A stretch of DNA of 64,000 nt from Hyphomicrobiaceae bacterium. Its GTDB lineage: Bacteria; Pseudomonadota; Alphaproteobacteria; Rhizobiales; Hyphomicrobiaceae. Under the pieces are notes generated by a model. The model was not told the origin of the DNA. It saw only the letters and a program-made list of their open reading frames with translations, and made no database searches. Location: NCBI GenBank assembly GCA_020638035.1, contig JACKJI010000009.1:15081-79080 (forward strand), given 5' to 3'. This document shows positions 9,604 to 19,216 of the stretch, piece by piece; positions within the stretch are counted from its first letter, which is position 1; the number at the start of each line of letters is the position of its first letter. The translations under genes were made by a program, and so were the position numbers.

Positions 9604-10836
9604 TCAGGCTGGCGCCCGGCCGAACACCAACACCGCATTGAGGCCGCCGAATGCGAACGAGTTGGACATCGTATAGCGCACATTGAGGCTGCGGCCGGTG
9701 TTGGGCACATAATCGAGATCGCACTTGGGATCGGGATCTGTGAAGCCGATCGTCGGCGGCACCCAACCTTCGTTGATCGCCTTGATGCACACTCCTGCCT
9801 CGACGCCGCCGCCCGCACCCAGGAGATGGCCGTGCATCGACTTGGTGGAGGAGATCGCCATCTTGTAGGCGTGTTCGCCGAAGACGTCCTTGATGGCGTT
9901 GGTCTCGTTGACGTCGTTGAGTGCCGTCGCCGTGCCGTGCGCGTTGAGGTAGTCGATCTCAGACGGATCGAGGCCGGCGTCATCCAGCGCGAACTGCATG
10001 GCCGAGCGTGGGCCGTCGATGTCCGGGTTGACCATGTCCTTGCTGTCGGACGACATGCCAAAGCCCATGAGTTCGGCCAGGATCGTGGCGCCGCGCCGCT
10101 TGGCGTGCTCCAGCTCCTCCAGCACCAGAATTCCGGCGCCTTCGGCCAGAACCGTGCCGTTGCGCCGCTTGGAGAATGGGAAGCAGCCATCCGGAGAAAG
10201 CACGCGCATGGCCTGCCATGTCCGCATCGAGCCGTAAGTGAGCACGGCTTCCGATGCGCCCGCCACACCGACGTCGCAGAGGCCGTTGCGAATGTAGTCG
10301 TAGGCGAGGCCGATCGCATGCGTCGCCGTCGAGCAGGCCGAACAGGTCGCGAATGTCGGTCCCTTGATGCCGTATTCGATGCCCACGTGCGCGGACGCCG
10401 ACGAGCCGATGATGCGCAGCAGTGTTAGCGGGTGCGTGGCGCGCTTGTTGTGGATGAAGAGATCGCGATAGGCCGTCTCGACCGTCGAATATCCGCCGGC
10501 GCCAGAGCCGATGATGCAGCAGGAACGATAGGGGTTGGAATAGGGTGTCGGTAGCCCCGACATCGCCCAGGCTTCATCCGCCGCGCGGCCAGCAAACCAC
10601 GAATACCGCTCGCCGTACTGGATCTTCTTGCTTTTGACGTGCACAGCGGGATCAAAGCCTTTGATCTCGCCAGCGATATGGATGTAGAGGTCATCGAGAT
10701 TGAAGTTCTCGATACGGCTGACGCCGCACTTGCCCTCTTTCATCGACGCCCAGGTTTCTGTGCTGTCGAGACCGATCGGTGTGACCATGCCAAAGCCGGT
10801 CACCACGACGCGGCGCAAGCCGTCCGCTCTTTTCAT
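9604..10836 (-). CDS. Beta-ketoacyl-ACP synthase, KAS I/II (FabF/NodE-like)
   Basis: Active-site Cys context TCSACSTATHAIG, His contexts YLNAHGTAT and SMHGHLLGAGG. 410 aa. Confidence 0.85.
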   Translation of the reverse strand: MKRADGLRRVVVTGFGMVTPIGLDSTETWASMKEGKCGVSRIENFNLDDLYIHIAGEIKGFDPAVHVKSKKIQYGERYSWFAGRAADEAWAMSGLPTPYSNPYRSCCIIGSGAGGYSTVETAYRDLFIHNKRATHPLTLLRIIGSSASAHVGIEYGIKGPTFATCSACSTATHAIGLAYDYIRNGLCDVGVAGASEAVLTYGSMRTWQAMRVLSPDGCFPFSKRRNGTVLAEGAGILVLEELEHAKRRGATILAELMGFGMSSDSKDMVNPDIDGPRSAMQFALDDAGLDPSEIDYLNAHGTATALNDVNETNAIKDVFGEHAYKMAISSTKSMHGHLLGAGGGVEAGVCIKAINEGWVPPTIGFTDPDPKCDLDYVPNTGRSLNVRYTMSNSFAFGGLNAVLVFGRAPA

Positions 10837-10944
10837 ACACGTACTCTACGATCGAGGCGGCACCAGCGCCGCATTGTAAATGGACCAAGCGCGGGTGCGG
10901 TCACCAGCGACATCGCCGGACAGGCCGCCCACGCGCAATCTACA

Positions 10945-11220
10945 TCAGGCCTTGGCGGCGTCTGCCGACGCCGAATTCTGGGAGATCAGCGCCTTCACGC
11001 GATCAACGACGGAACCGACCGTCTTGAAATCCTCAACGTCCTCGTTGGCATTGTAGGGGATCTCGATCTGGAACCTGTCCTCGATGTCGAATACGATCAT
11101 CGCAAGATCGAGGGACTCGATTTTCAGATCGGTGAGAGGTGTCGACAGGCTGATGTCGTCACGCGGTTCCTTCATGTGCTTCTTGAGGATCTCGATGATC
11201 TTGGTCGCGACGTCGTCCAT
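10945..11220 (-). CDS. Acyl carrier protein (dedicated, NodF/AcpXL-like size)
   Basis: Start ATG 11220 is preceded by GGAGAACGAG. Phosphopantetheine Ser lies in LKIESLDLAMIVFDIEDRF. 91 aa, directly upstream of the KAS gene. Confidence 0.8.
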   Translation of the reverse strand: MDDVATKIIEILKKHMKEPRDDISLSTPLTDLKIESLDLAMIVFDIEDRFQIEIPYNANEDVEDFKTVGSVVDRVKALISQNSASADAAKA

Positions 11221-11612
11221 CTCGTTCTCCTGTCCGTGCCATCGGGCATAACGGATCGCTGTTACTCTGTTCGTACTAGGCACGTGCTGCCCTGCAAACA
11301 AGCTGGGGCCGTCCTTATACTTAAACCACGAAGCCGTCCAGCATGGGCATTTGCGGCAAAACTAGCAACGACTTCCAAGCAAGCCTCGTGCCGGCATGGG
11401 AGGGCACAGCCCCCCGAGCGGCAGGGTGGAAACAATGTTGTGATACCTCATCATGTTCCCAGCCTCTCCTAGTCGAAAGTCATGAAAAAGTGTTCAATAC
11501 TATCTACATGGCCTGTCTTGCATCTGCGTCGCGGCACTTCGACGGCGGGCCCGAAAATACAATGAATGTCCGGCCCTGCCAGCCTTAGCGGACCGGACCG
11601 GGAGGCCAGCAG

Positions 11613-13352
11613 ATGACCATGTCGAACCCCGCCCCTCAGGCGGGCATTGATGCCAACCCGCGGTGGCTCAACTCCTATCCTCAAAATATCGAGTGGCGTC
11701 AGATATTTACCCCAGCTCCTCTGTATGCGTTGCTGGACCGTGCGGTTGCACGCCATGCGACCCGGCCTGCGACCAATTTTCTAGGGCGCACGCTGACTTA
11801 TTCCGAACTTGGTCAAAGGGTCGAGCGAGCCGCAGCGGGACTACAGCGGCTAGGCGTGCGCAAGGGCACAAAGGTCGGTCTCTTCCTGCCCAATTCTCCG
11901 ACCTTCATCATCTTTTACTATGCGGTGCTGAAAGCCGGCGGCATCGTCGTCAACTACAACCCCCTCTATACGCTCGATGAGCTCGCGTTCCAGATTCGGG
12001 ACAGCGAAACCGAGATCATGGTGACGCTCGACCTGAAGCTCCTGTTCGACAAGGTGGAGGCCTTGTTGAAGGACGGCGTCCTGGCCAGGGCAGTCGTCGC
12101 CCCTTTCACCAGCCTGCTACCGGGCACCAAATCCGTTCTCTTCCGCCTACTGAAGGGTAAGGAGCTGGCCCACCCGTCGGCCTCGCCGATACGTGACCGC
12201 ATTACGACCGAGGGCCAGGTGATGACCGACCAGGGTCCGCGCATGCCGGTGCCGATCGACCCGGAAAGGGACATCGCCGTGCTCCAATATACGGGTGGCA
12301 CGACCGGCACGCCGAAGGGAGCCATGCTGACCCACGCCAACGCCTACGTTAACGTGCTTCAGGTGGCGAGTTGGGCGCCCGACCTGAAAGACGGCGAGGA
12401 GCGGGTGATGGGCGTGCTGCCGTTCTTCCACGTTTTCGCAATGACGGTCGTTATGAATTTCGGCGTCGCCAAGGCTGCCGAGATGGTCATCATGCCGCGT
12501 TTTGTTCTCAACGACGCGCTGAAGCTGATCAACCACACGCGGCCCACCGTGATGCCGGGCGTACCGACGCTCTTTAACGCCATCATGAACCACCCCAAGA
12601 TCAAGAGCTTCGATCTGTCCTCGTTGAAGTTCTGCCTGTCGGGCGGCGCACCATTGCCGATCGAGGTCAAGCAGAGGTTCGAAACACTGACGGGCTGCAA
12701 GGTGGTCGAAGGTTACGGGCTTTCCGAATCGTCGCCTGTCGCCACCTGCAACCCGATTGAGGGCAAGATCAAGTCCGGCTCGATCGGCATTCCGCTGCCG
12801 GCGACCTTCATCTCCCTGCGCGACCTTGATGACGCAGACAAGGAAGTACCCCACGGCGAAAAGGGTGAAGTCTGCATCAAGGGGCCGCAGGTTATGCTCG
12901 GCTACTGGAACCGGCCTGCCGAAACCGCCGCGGTCTTCACTTCGGACGGCTTTCTTCGCACCGGCGACGTTGCCCGCATGGATGACGACGGCTTCTTCGC
13001 CATCGAGGACCGTATCAAGGATCTCATCATCTGCTCGGGCTACAACGTCTATCCTCGGCAGATCGAGGAACGCATCTATGAGCATCCAGCCGTCGAGGAA
13101 GTAACCGTCATCGGCATCAAGGACGAATATCGCGGCGAAGCACCCAAGGCCTTCATCAAGCTCAAATCGGGCGCCCAGGCGAGCGCCGAAGACATCATGG
13201 CACACCTGGAGAAAACTCTCTCCAGAATCGAGCTGCCAGCAGCCATTGAATTCCGCGACAGCCTGCCCAAGACGATGATTGGCAAGTTGTCCAAGAAGGA
13301 GCTGAAGCAGGAGGAGGCGGCACGCGAGGCGGCCGCCCGCAAGACCGGATGA
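11613..13352 (+). CDS. Long-chain fatty acid-CoA ligase (AMP-binding family)
   Basis: AMP-binding motif LQYTGGTTGTPKGAMLTH, plus TGDVARMDDDGFF and IGKLSKKEL C-terminal motifs. Confidence 0.85.
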   Translation: MTMSNPAPQAGIDANPRWLNSYPQNIEWRQIFTPAPLYALLDRAVARHATRPATNFLGRTLTYSELGQRVERAAAGLQRLGVRKGTKVGLFLPNSPTFIIFYYAVLKAGGIVVNYNPLYTLDELAFQIRDSETEIMVTLDLKLLFDKVEALLKDGVLARAVVAPFTSLLPGTKSVLFRLLKGKELAHPSASPIRDRITTEGQVMTDQGPRMPVPIDPERDIAVLQYTGGTTGTPKGAMLTHANAYVNVLQVASWAPDLKDGEERVMGVLPFFHVFAMTVVMNFGVAKAAEMVIMPRFVLNDALKLINHTRPTVMPGVPTLFNAIMNHPKIKSFDLSSLKFCLSGGAPLPIEVKQRFETLTGCKVVEGYGLSESSPVATCNPIEGKIKSGSIGIPLPATFISLRDLDDADKEVPHGEKGEVCIKGPQVMLGYWNRPAETAAVFTSDGFLRTGDVARMDDDGFFAIEDRIKDLIICSGYNVYPRQIEERIYEHPAVEEVTVIGIKDEYRGEAPKAFIKLKSGAQASAEDIMAHLEKTLSRIELPAAIEFRDSLPKTMIGKLSKKELKQEEAAREAAARKTG

Positions 13353-13792
13353 CACGGATGGAGCACAACAATCACACAGACTGTGCATCCGAGCACAATG
13401 CAACCGAAGCGGACCGCACCTACTCCATCGGCCAACTCGCCGAAGAGTTCCAGATCACGACACGCGCAATCCGATTCTATGAGTCACGCGGCTTGATCCA
13501 GCCGCAGCGCGAAGGGACGAACCGCATCTACTCGCGCCGCGACCGTGGCCGCCTCGCCATCATCCTTCGCGGCAAGAACCTCGGCTTCACGCTGGAGGAT
13601 ATTGCCGCGTATCTGGAACTCTACTCCGTCGACCGTTCACAACGCACGCAGACCGAGATGCTGCTCGACAAGGTCGAGGCCGCCATCGCCGACCTCAACC
13701 GCAAGAAGGCAGATCTTGCGCGCACCTTGAACGATCTCAAGGTGCTACGCGCCGAGTGCACGGCCTTTCTCAAGACCGTCGACAAAACCTGA
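13349..13792 (+). CDS. MerR family transcriptional regulator (LiuR-like)
   Basis: HTH segment YSIGQLAEEFQITTRAIRFYESRGLI followed by a coiled-coil tail. The start overlaps the upstream stop. Confidence 0.8.
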   Translation: MTRMEHNNHTDCASEHNATEADRTYSIGQLAEEFQITTRAIRFYESRGLIQPQREGTNRIYSRRDRGRLAIILRGKNLGFTLEDIAAYLELYSVDRSQRTQTEMLLDKVEAAIADLNRKKADLARTLNDLKVLRAECTAFLKTVDKT

Positions 13793-13823
13793 CGGGGGAC
13801 CGACGCCGCGTCTCGGCCGCGGC

Positions 13824-15143
13824 TCAGCGATAGAGATCCGCGCGTGTCGGTGGCAATGGTGAGGGGCGTTTCGCGCTCTTGGAGCAGAGCGTCTGAAAGA
13901 GCCGCGCCGTGCCTCGCTCGAAAGCGAGCGCGCAACCTGCCAGATAAGCCACGTAGATCCTGTATTTCGCTTCACCGACAAGCGCGATCGCTTCCGACTT
14001 GCGAGCCATTAGCCGCTGGCACCACATCTCACAGGTGCGGGCGTAGTGCATGCGCCAGCCTTCGACATCGTGCACTTCGAAGCCGGCCAGTTCCATCTCC
14101 GCCACCGTATGGCCGATGTCATCGAGGGCGCCACCGGGAAAGATATACTTGGCGAGCGCCCGCTGCTCTGGCCGTAGCCGCTCTGGCAAAAGTCGCCCCT
14201 TGTTCCGCTTTGCCTTGCGCGAGATGGCATGGTTGAGGAACAGGCCGTCCTCCGCCAGAAGCGAGCGGATCTTTCGCATGTAGTCTGGGATGTTTTTCAG
14301 ACCGATCGCCTCGTACATGCCGACAGATGCGATCTTGTCATAAGTGCCCGTCGCATTGATGTAGTCGACGAGTTCGAACGTCACCCTGTCTTCCAGACCG
14401 AGCCGCTTCACCTTCTCGCGCGCATAGGCGAGCTGCTCTTGCGACAGCGTGATGCCATGCGCCTTGACGCCATAGTTCTGTGCCGCGTGGCACACGAGAC
14501 CGCCCCAGCCCGAGCCGATGTCGAGGAATTTCTCACCCGGCTTCAGCCTCAGTTTGCGGCACACCATGTCGAGCTTGTTCTTCTGCGCGGTTGCCAGGTC
14601 CTGGCCCCAGTCATGGAAGTAGGCACAGGTGTAGACCATCTGCTCGCACAGGAAGAGAGCATAGAAATCGTTCGACAGGTCATAATGGAATTGTATGTAG
14701 TCCTTGTTGTCGTCGCCCGCGCGGGCGTTGCCGACAATATCGCCGGCGAATGCACCCTGTTCCCTCGGCGCGGCACCGGGCGCGAACAGGAACGGTGACA
14801 GTCGCTGAGCTGCCTTGAGAATATCGCCGCCCTTGAGTTTCACCGAGCGCCCGCGCCGGTTGATCTGCCGGCCCAGGTCAAGAATCGAGCCACCGGCCAG
14901 GTCGATACGCTTGTCGACGTAGTGACGGATGATCGTATCGAGTGATGGCCGCCGCAGCGTCGAGGCGATGACGCCCGGATCGGCGATGACGATCTCAAGC
15001 GGTCCGGCCGCCGAACCGCCCAGCGGAACGCGCGAGCCATCCCACAGCCGAACGAAGGCATCGATGCCGAGCACCGGGGCGAGTTCATCGATCAGCCGCC
15101 GTGCCGCCGCTAGCCTTTTGTCGTCGGCGCCGCCTCTAGACAT
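13824..15143 (-). CDS. cfa: Cyclopropane-fatty-acyl-phospholipid synthase family SAM methyltransferase
   Basis: QFHYDLSNDFYALFL, SAM-binding FLDIGSGWGGL and HDVEGWRMHYARTCEMW are family hallmarks. Confidence 0.8.
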   Translation of the reverse strand: MSRGGADDKRLAAARRLIDELAPVLGIDAFVRLWDGSRVPLGGSAAGPLEIVIADPGVIASTLRRPSLDTIIRHYVDKRIDLAGGSILDLGRQINRRGRSVKLKGGDILKAAQRLSPFLFAPGAAPREQGAFAGDIVGNARAGDDNKDYIQFHYDLSNDFYALFLCEQMVYTCAYFHDWGQDLATAQKNKLDMVCRKLRLKPGEKFLDIGSGWGGLVCHAAQNYGVKAHGITLSQEQLAYAREKVKRLGLEDRVTFELVDYINATGTYDKIASVGMYEAIGLKNIPDYMRKIRSLLAEDGLFLNHAISRKAKRNKGRLLPERLRPEQRALAKYIFPGGALDDIGHTVAEMELAGFEVHDVEGWRMHYARTCEMWCQRLMARKSEAIALVGEAKYRIYVAYLAGCALAFERGTARLFQTLCSKSAKRPSPLPPTRADLYR

Positions 15144-15484
15144 CGAACCTCCGTTGATTGCTGAGCAGGATCAGCGCGCAACACATAGCGAATGCCGACG
15201 CCCTTGTCTTTGCGTCGCTGCGAGCACGTGTTGACGAAAAAGATAGGCCCCATGCCAGCGTGGCACATCAGCCTCACAGAGGTGTGGCAATATGGACGCC
15301 CGCGACCCGGTACACGCTAGGGCAGCCGCAGCGCAGGTGCTTAGCTACCCGCGCGGATTTCGCAACCCTCCTGTCGAACGGCGGCCACCGCTCACGGAAC
15401 AGCCCCCTACTCCATAACTCGTCTGACAGTGACCCGACGACACCCGCATGCGTCCAAAACACGCCCCGCGGAAGGCGCGCAAGT

Positions 15485-17461
15485 TCAGCGTGTCATCGCC
15501 GGCATCCCGCGCAAATAACCGACAATGCTTCGTTGATCCACGAGCGCACGCAGATCGCGCTTGATCGCATCGGGATACGACTTCAGATCTTCGGCCGCAC
15601 CCGGGTGTTGCAGATTTCCGGTGACATACGCGTGACCGTTGATGTCGCTGTAGACACCAAGCCCGGTATTCTCGGCACCGGCAGGGGCTGAAAAGATGCG
15701 CACCGCCATTCGTGTATCGATGTCGACAGCCCAAGTGAAATTGTTGAGGTGATTATTGGAGTCCTCGCCGACGAAAAGCGTCCGCATGACATCCGAGTAG
15801 CGAATATTGTCAGGGTTGGCGATCCGCTCGGTGTCACACTTGTCGTAGCGACCTACCTTTGCATTCTTTGGTTGGCGCGCGCCGTGGATCAGCACCTTCA
15901 TATCCGTCGCGACCCAATCACTATCGATAAGGCCCCCGTCAGTGTCCTTCTGGCCGCCGCTCATCGCGCTCTCATAGACGGCGCCGCAGACGAGATCCTT
16001 CTGATCACCCGAAAGAGCAATGTCGTCACGTGGCCGACTGGCATTCTGGCCATCGATCATGCCTTTCCGGATAAAGCTCATGGCTGTGTAGAGTTTCTTG
16101 TCCGCGGCGTTGTGAGCTTGGCCTTCCATTTTCGTGAATTCTGTCGTGGCCCCACGCCAAGCGGCATATCGGCGGGTTTCGAGAAAAGCTGCTGCCTTTT
16201 CCATTCCGGGCTTGAGTCGATAATAGGTCAAACCGGTCGCTCCGCCCGTACCGCTGTAAACGTAAAGCGGCCTCGACTCGCTCGCCCCCTCAGGCACGGC
16301 CTTCGCAGCATCCGCTCCCGCCGTCTCCCATATGTCTGAGAAGCGAATGCCACTGGCGACGAGCTGCCGGATCTCCGCATCCGTCGCATGTCCGAGCCGG
16401 ATCCATTCAAGGCGCGCGGCGCCGAAGTCGACAGCACTCGACTGCACCCAGCGAGCGGCATAGAGCACGCCAGCCGAGAGATCCTCCGGCTTGTCGGCGA
16501 CAAACATCGCGCGAATGACGTCATCGCCATCATCGCCGAAATAGACCGTGCGGCGATCAGGCATCACCTCGCCGTGCTCAAAGGCAAGTCGCCCCATCGC
16601 AAAACGCTTTGCAACCGAAGTGGTCCCATCCCCGCCGACCTTGACTTCTACAATGTGACCGTAGTCATAGGGGTTCGCACCACCTTCCGCAGCCGTCTTT
16701 CCCAACGTGCCGAGGTAGAGGTTCATCGCATCGAGGGGCCGTTGCTGGAACGCTTGCGCGTCGGGCTCGTATTCCTCGCTGCCAAGGTGCGTCATCCAGG
16801 GCGAAATCGAGCTGTTACAGGGTATCCAGAGCCCCTGCACCGATGCCATGTCGATCGTCTTGAGCGCGACGGGGCTGAGCGCGCCGGTTGCCGGGTCCTG
16901 ATCGATCGTTGTCAGATTCATGGACATCGGAAGCTGACCGTATAGCTCGACCGGCGGCTTCGTGGGATCGACGTTAGTCGCTTCGGTTGCATATTCGACG
17001 TGATTGACCATGAACAGCGTGTGCCCCGCGACACCAGCGGCTTTGGAGCCCGGCACATTGAGCAGCGACGTCCCATCGGCTCCCGCCGCGGCAAAGGGAC
17101 CACGAGCGCGACCGTCTTCGGTCGCCGCACTCTCGAGGATAGGTGCGCCGGTCTTGTCGACGACGAGCCCTGCATAGCCGCCTGACAGAAAGTCGCCCGA
17201 CCGATGCAAGATCTCATAGCTCAAGGGAAACGAGCGCTCACTACCGTCTGCCAGCGTAACAATCGCCTGCGAGCGCGTGTACGGCTGCGTCATCTCCATA
17301 GCGGTGGCGGGCGGTGGCGTCGCCGTAAAGCGGATGTGTTTGATCTGCAGGGGGCTCGTTGACGCTTCGAGCTGTGGCGGCGCTGATTGCTGAGCACAGG
17401 CAACGCCGGCACTGATAGTTGCAAGAGCACCCATCACAACGATCGAAGAAAATCGGCACAT
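15485..17461 (-). CDS. PhoX-like (DUF839) secreted phosphatase family protein
   Basis: Signal peptide MCRFSSIVVMGALATISAGVACA. C-terminal NPDNIRY...GAENTG...NLQHPG resembles the PhoX/DUF839 hallmark (PDN...QHPG). The 107-aa upstream extension in the track ORF was rejected. Confidence 0.6.
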   Translation of the reverse strand: MCRFSSIVVMGALATISAGVACAQQSAPPQLEASTSPLQIKHIRFTATPPPATAMEMTQPYTRSQAIVTLADGSERSFPLSYEILHRSGDFLSGGYAGLVVDKTGAPILESAATEDGRARGPFAAAGADGTSLLNVPGSKAAGVAGHTLFMVNHVEYATEATNVDPTKPPVELYGQLPMSMNLTTIDQDPATGALSPVALKTIDMASVQGLWIPCNSSISPWMTHLGSEEYEPDAQAFQQRPLDAMNLYLGTLGKTAAEGGANPYDYGHIVEVKVGGDGTTSVAKRFAMGRLAFEHGEVMPDRRTVYFGDDGDDVIRAMFVADKPEDLSAGVLYAARWVQSSAVDFGAARLEWIRLGHATDAEIRQLVASGIRFSDIWETAGADAAKAVPEGASESRPLYVYSGTGGATGLTYYRLKPGMEKAAAFLETRRYAAWRGATTEFTKMEGQAHNAADKKLYTAMSFIRKGMIDGQNASRPRDDIALSGDQKDLVCGAVYESAMSGGQKDTDGGLIDSDWVATDMKVLIHGARQPKNAKVGRYDKCDTERIANPDNIRYSDVMRTLFVGEDSNNHLNNFTWAVDIDTRMAVRIFSAPAGAENTGLGVYSDINGHAYVTGNLQHPGAAEDLKSYPDAIKRDLRALVDQRSIVGYLRGMPAMTR

Positions 17462-17675
17462 GTGAATTCCGTTCCGAAGATGTTCCGATAATCCCTGCGC
17501 AGCCGCCACCACGCCACTGCGGCACGCTCGGGCTTCTGATGAATGACGACACACGACCAGCCCCGACGCCATCAGGCCGACAGCTCGATCAACATCCGGC
17601 CGACGATCGATTTGACGCGCAGTGCGATCCGGGCTGCGACTGGAAATCACGCGAGTCTGGGAGTTCAAGTCTCGA

Positions 17676-17933
17676 TCAATACCGGATCTCTTCGCGGCGC
17701 GCACCGCTGAGCGCTCGTCTGCCTCGTTCAATCTGTTCCAAACAGATCTGCCGCTTGCGAACCAGTTCGACCCTCTCGGCAAAGCTTTCGACGCGTTCGA
17801 TCTTGTCTTCGAATTTCTGCTTCTTGCTTTCGAGGCGGTCCAGCAGGTCCTCGAGTTCTCTCGCGCGCCTGCCCTTGCTCAGGTCCGGCTCCAGCAACCG
17901 GTCGAGTTTCTCCAGGATCTTGCTTGTGCGCAT
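17676..17933 (-). CDS. Small coiled-coil protein, unknown function (paralog A)
   Basis: Start ATG 17933 (MRTSKILEKLDRLLE...) lies downstream of GGAAGG. It is charged with a heptad-like composition and aligns with 18369..18734. Confidence 0.5.
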   Translation of the reverse strand: MRTSKILEKLDRLLEPDLSKGRRARELEDLLDRLESKKQKFEDKIERVESFAERVELVRKRQICLEQIERGRRALSGARREEIRY

Positions 17934-18368
17934 GCGCACCGCCTTCCGCCATTTCCAGCCGCGTCGAGCGGGACGCGCGGCCGCCAGTCGAATCGACCAG
18001 CACGAGCGCATCCAAAATTCAGTTGGATCATCGGCATGAGGAGGCACCCCAAGGCACTGCAGACCGAGACTCTGCAGCAGAAAACCCTAAGAAGCAAACT
18101 CAGCCAACGACAGCAACATTCCACCGGCGCATGCCCCGGCGGAGTGCCAGCCTGCATCTATCAATCAGAAGAAATCTAGCGTGCGAATTTGAAGCCACGA
18201 TGACAGATCAACGATGTGGCGCCCACGTGGAATCGCTTCTTGGCGCTCCGGCTCCCGCGTCCACAAGCCACGCGCCTGCCAGAAACCCCAACGATCCAAG
18301 TATTCATTCTGGGCAATAGCGATCGCTCGACTTGGCTCCACCCGGAGCCAGACGTTCGTTCTCGTGTA

Positions 18369-18734
18369 TCAGTGCCGCAGTGTCCGCGCCGCGCCCTCAG
18401 GCTTCGGCACGTTGCTCTCACTCTTTGCACCGTCCTCGCTCGCGGATTTGTTCTTGTCCTTACCGACAGGCTTTGCGCTTTTGGCCACGCTCGCGGGCTT
18501 CGCGGACTCTGGCTTCAACGCTTTTCTACCCTTGGCAAGCTCGACGTCACAGGCCTCGATCTTCTGGCCGAGCTTCTTCCTCTCGCCGTCGACGTTCTTG
18601 GCCTTCGATTCGTACTTCTTTTTCTTCTTGCCCAGCTCATCGACAAGCTTATGGATCTTCTCGCTGCGCTTCTTTTGTCCCGGCTCAGTGTCGAGCGCGG
18701 TCTTTAGCTCTTGCATGATCTTTTTGAGGCGCAT
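18369..18734 (-). CDS. Small coiled-coil protein with Lys/Ala/Ser-rich tail, unknown function (paralog B)
   Basis: MRLKKIMQELKTALD... with a GGAG 9 nt upstream. Shares MRxxKI..L...L, a KKxK(F/Y)E(D/S)K block and a C..(Q/E)(I/L).(R/K)GR(R/K)AL block with paralog A. Confidence 0.55.
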   Translation of the reverse strand: MRLKKIMQELKTALDTEPGQKKRSEKIHKLVDELGKKKKKYESKAKNVDGERKKLGQKIEACDVELAKGRKALKPESAKPASVAKSAKPVGKDKNKSASEDGAKSESNVPKPEGAARTLRH

Positions 18735-19216
18735 CTATTAAACTCCGCATGAAACTGCATTGGCATTAGCCATACGCAGGACGAACCGAGTACGATTAAC
18801 AGTCTCCCATGAAGCTTTTGCGACAGTTATGCGACAGGCGGGCTAGGCTAGAAAATCGGCAATTCAGGATGCCACCCCGTTGCCGCGATGCAGTCTCCGA
18901 ACGTCCGTTGTGAGACCATTGCGCATTGCAACCTCGCGCAAACACGCATCGCAACAGGTGACGCCGGGCTCGGCCCAGGTGTAGCACCAGAAACGGCATC
19001 CGATGGTTAGTCCACCACCCCACCCAAGAGCACTCTAATTCTGCCCATCCTATCAGGACATTAGGCACCACTACCGCGACTCCGGGCATTGGCAATGCGT
19101 GTCTGCGTGACCGTTGGCGCGCTCCTTTGCGAGAATGAGCCTTGCCGCTGGATTATCATCCAATTGGCCGACGTTGACCGCCAGCCGCTACCACTCGCCG
19201 GTCCGGAGATGACCTG

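Noticed and set aside
9604-11220. Calling the ACP-KAS pair nodF-nodE (nodulation genes)
   Set aside because: Only the architecture is shared. No other nod genes are in the window, and I did not recognise a nod-box in the upstream region. The evidence supports only a generic dedicated ACP/KAS pair.
12147-13403. 418-aa minus-strand ORF antisense to the acyl-CoA ligase gene
   Set aside because: It mirrors a gene with clear AMP-binding motifs. Its translation is Arg/Gly/Ala/Leu-rich with no motifs, which is the typical shadow ORF of high-GC DNA.
15485-17782. Full 765-aa reading of the PhoX-like ORF
   Set aside because: The first 107 codons are Arg/Ser-rich and precede an obvious signal peptide beginning at ATG 17461, so the shorter gene is preferred.
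18796-19095. 99-aa minus-strand ORF upstream of the SBP56 gene
   Set aside because: It is Cys/Trp/Arg-rich with odd composition, has no start context, and lies in what is more likely the SBP56 promoter region.
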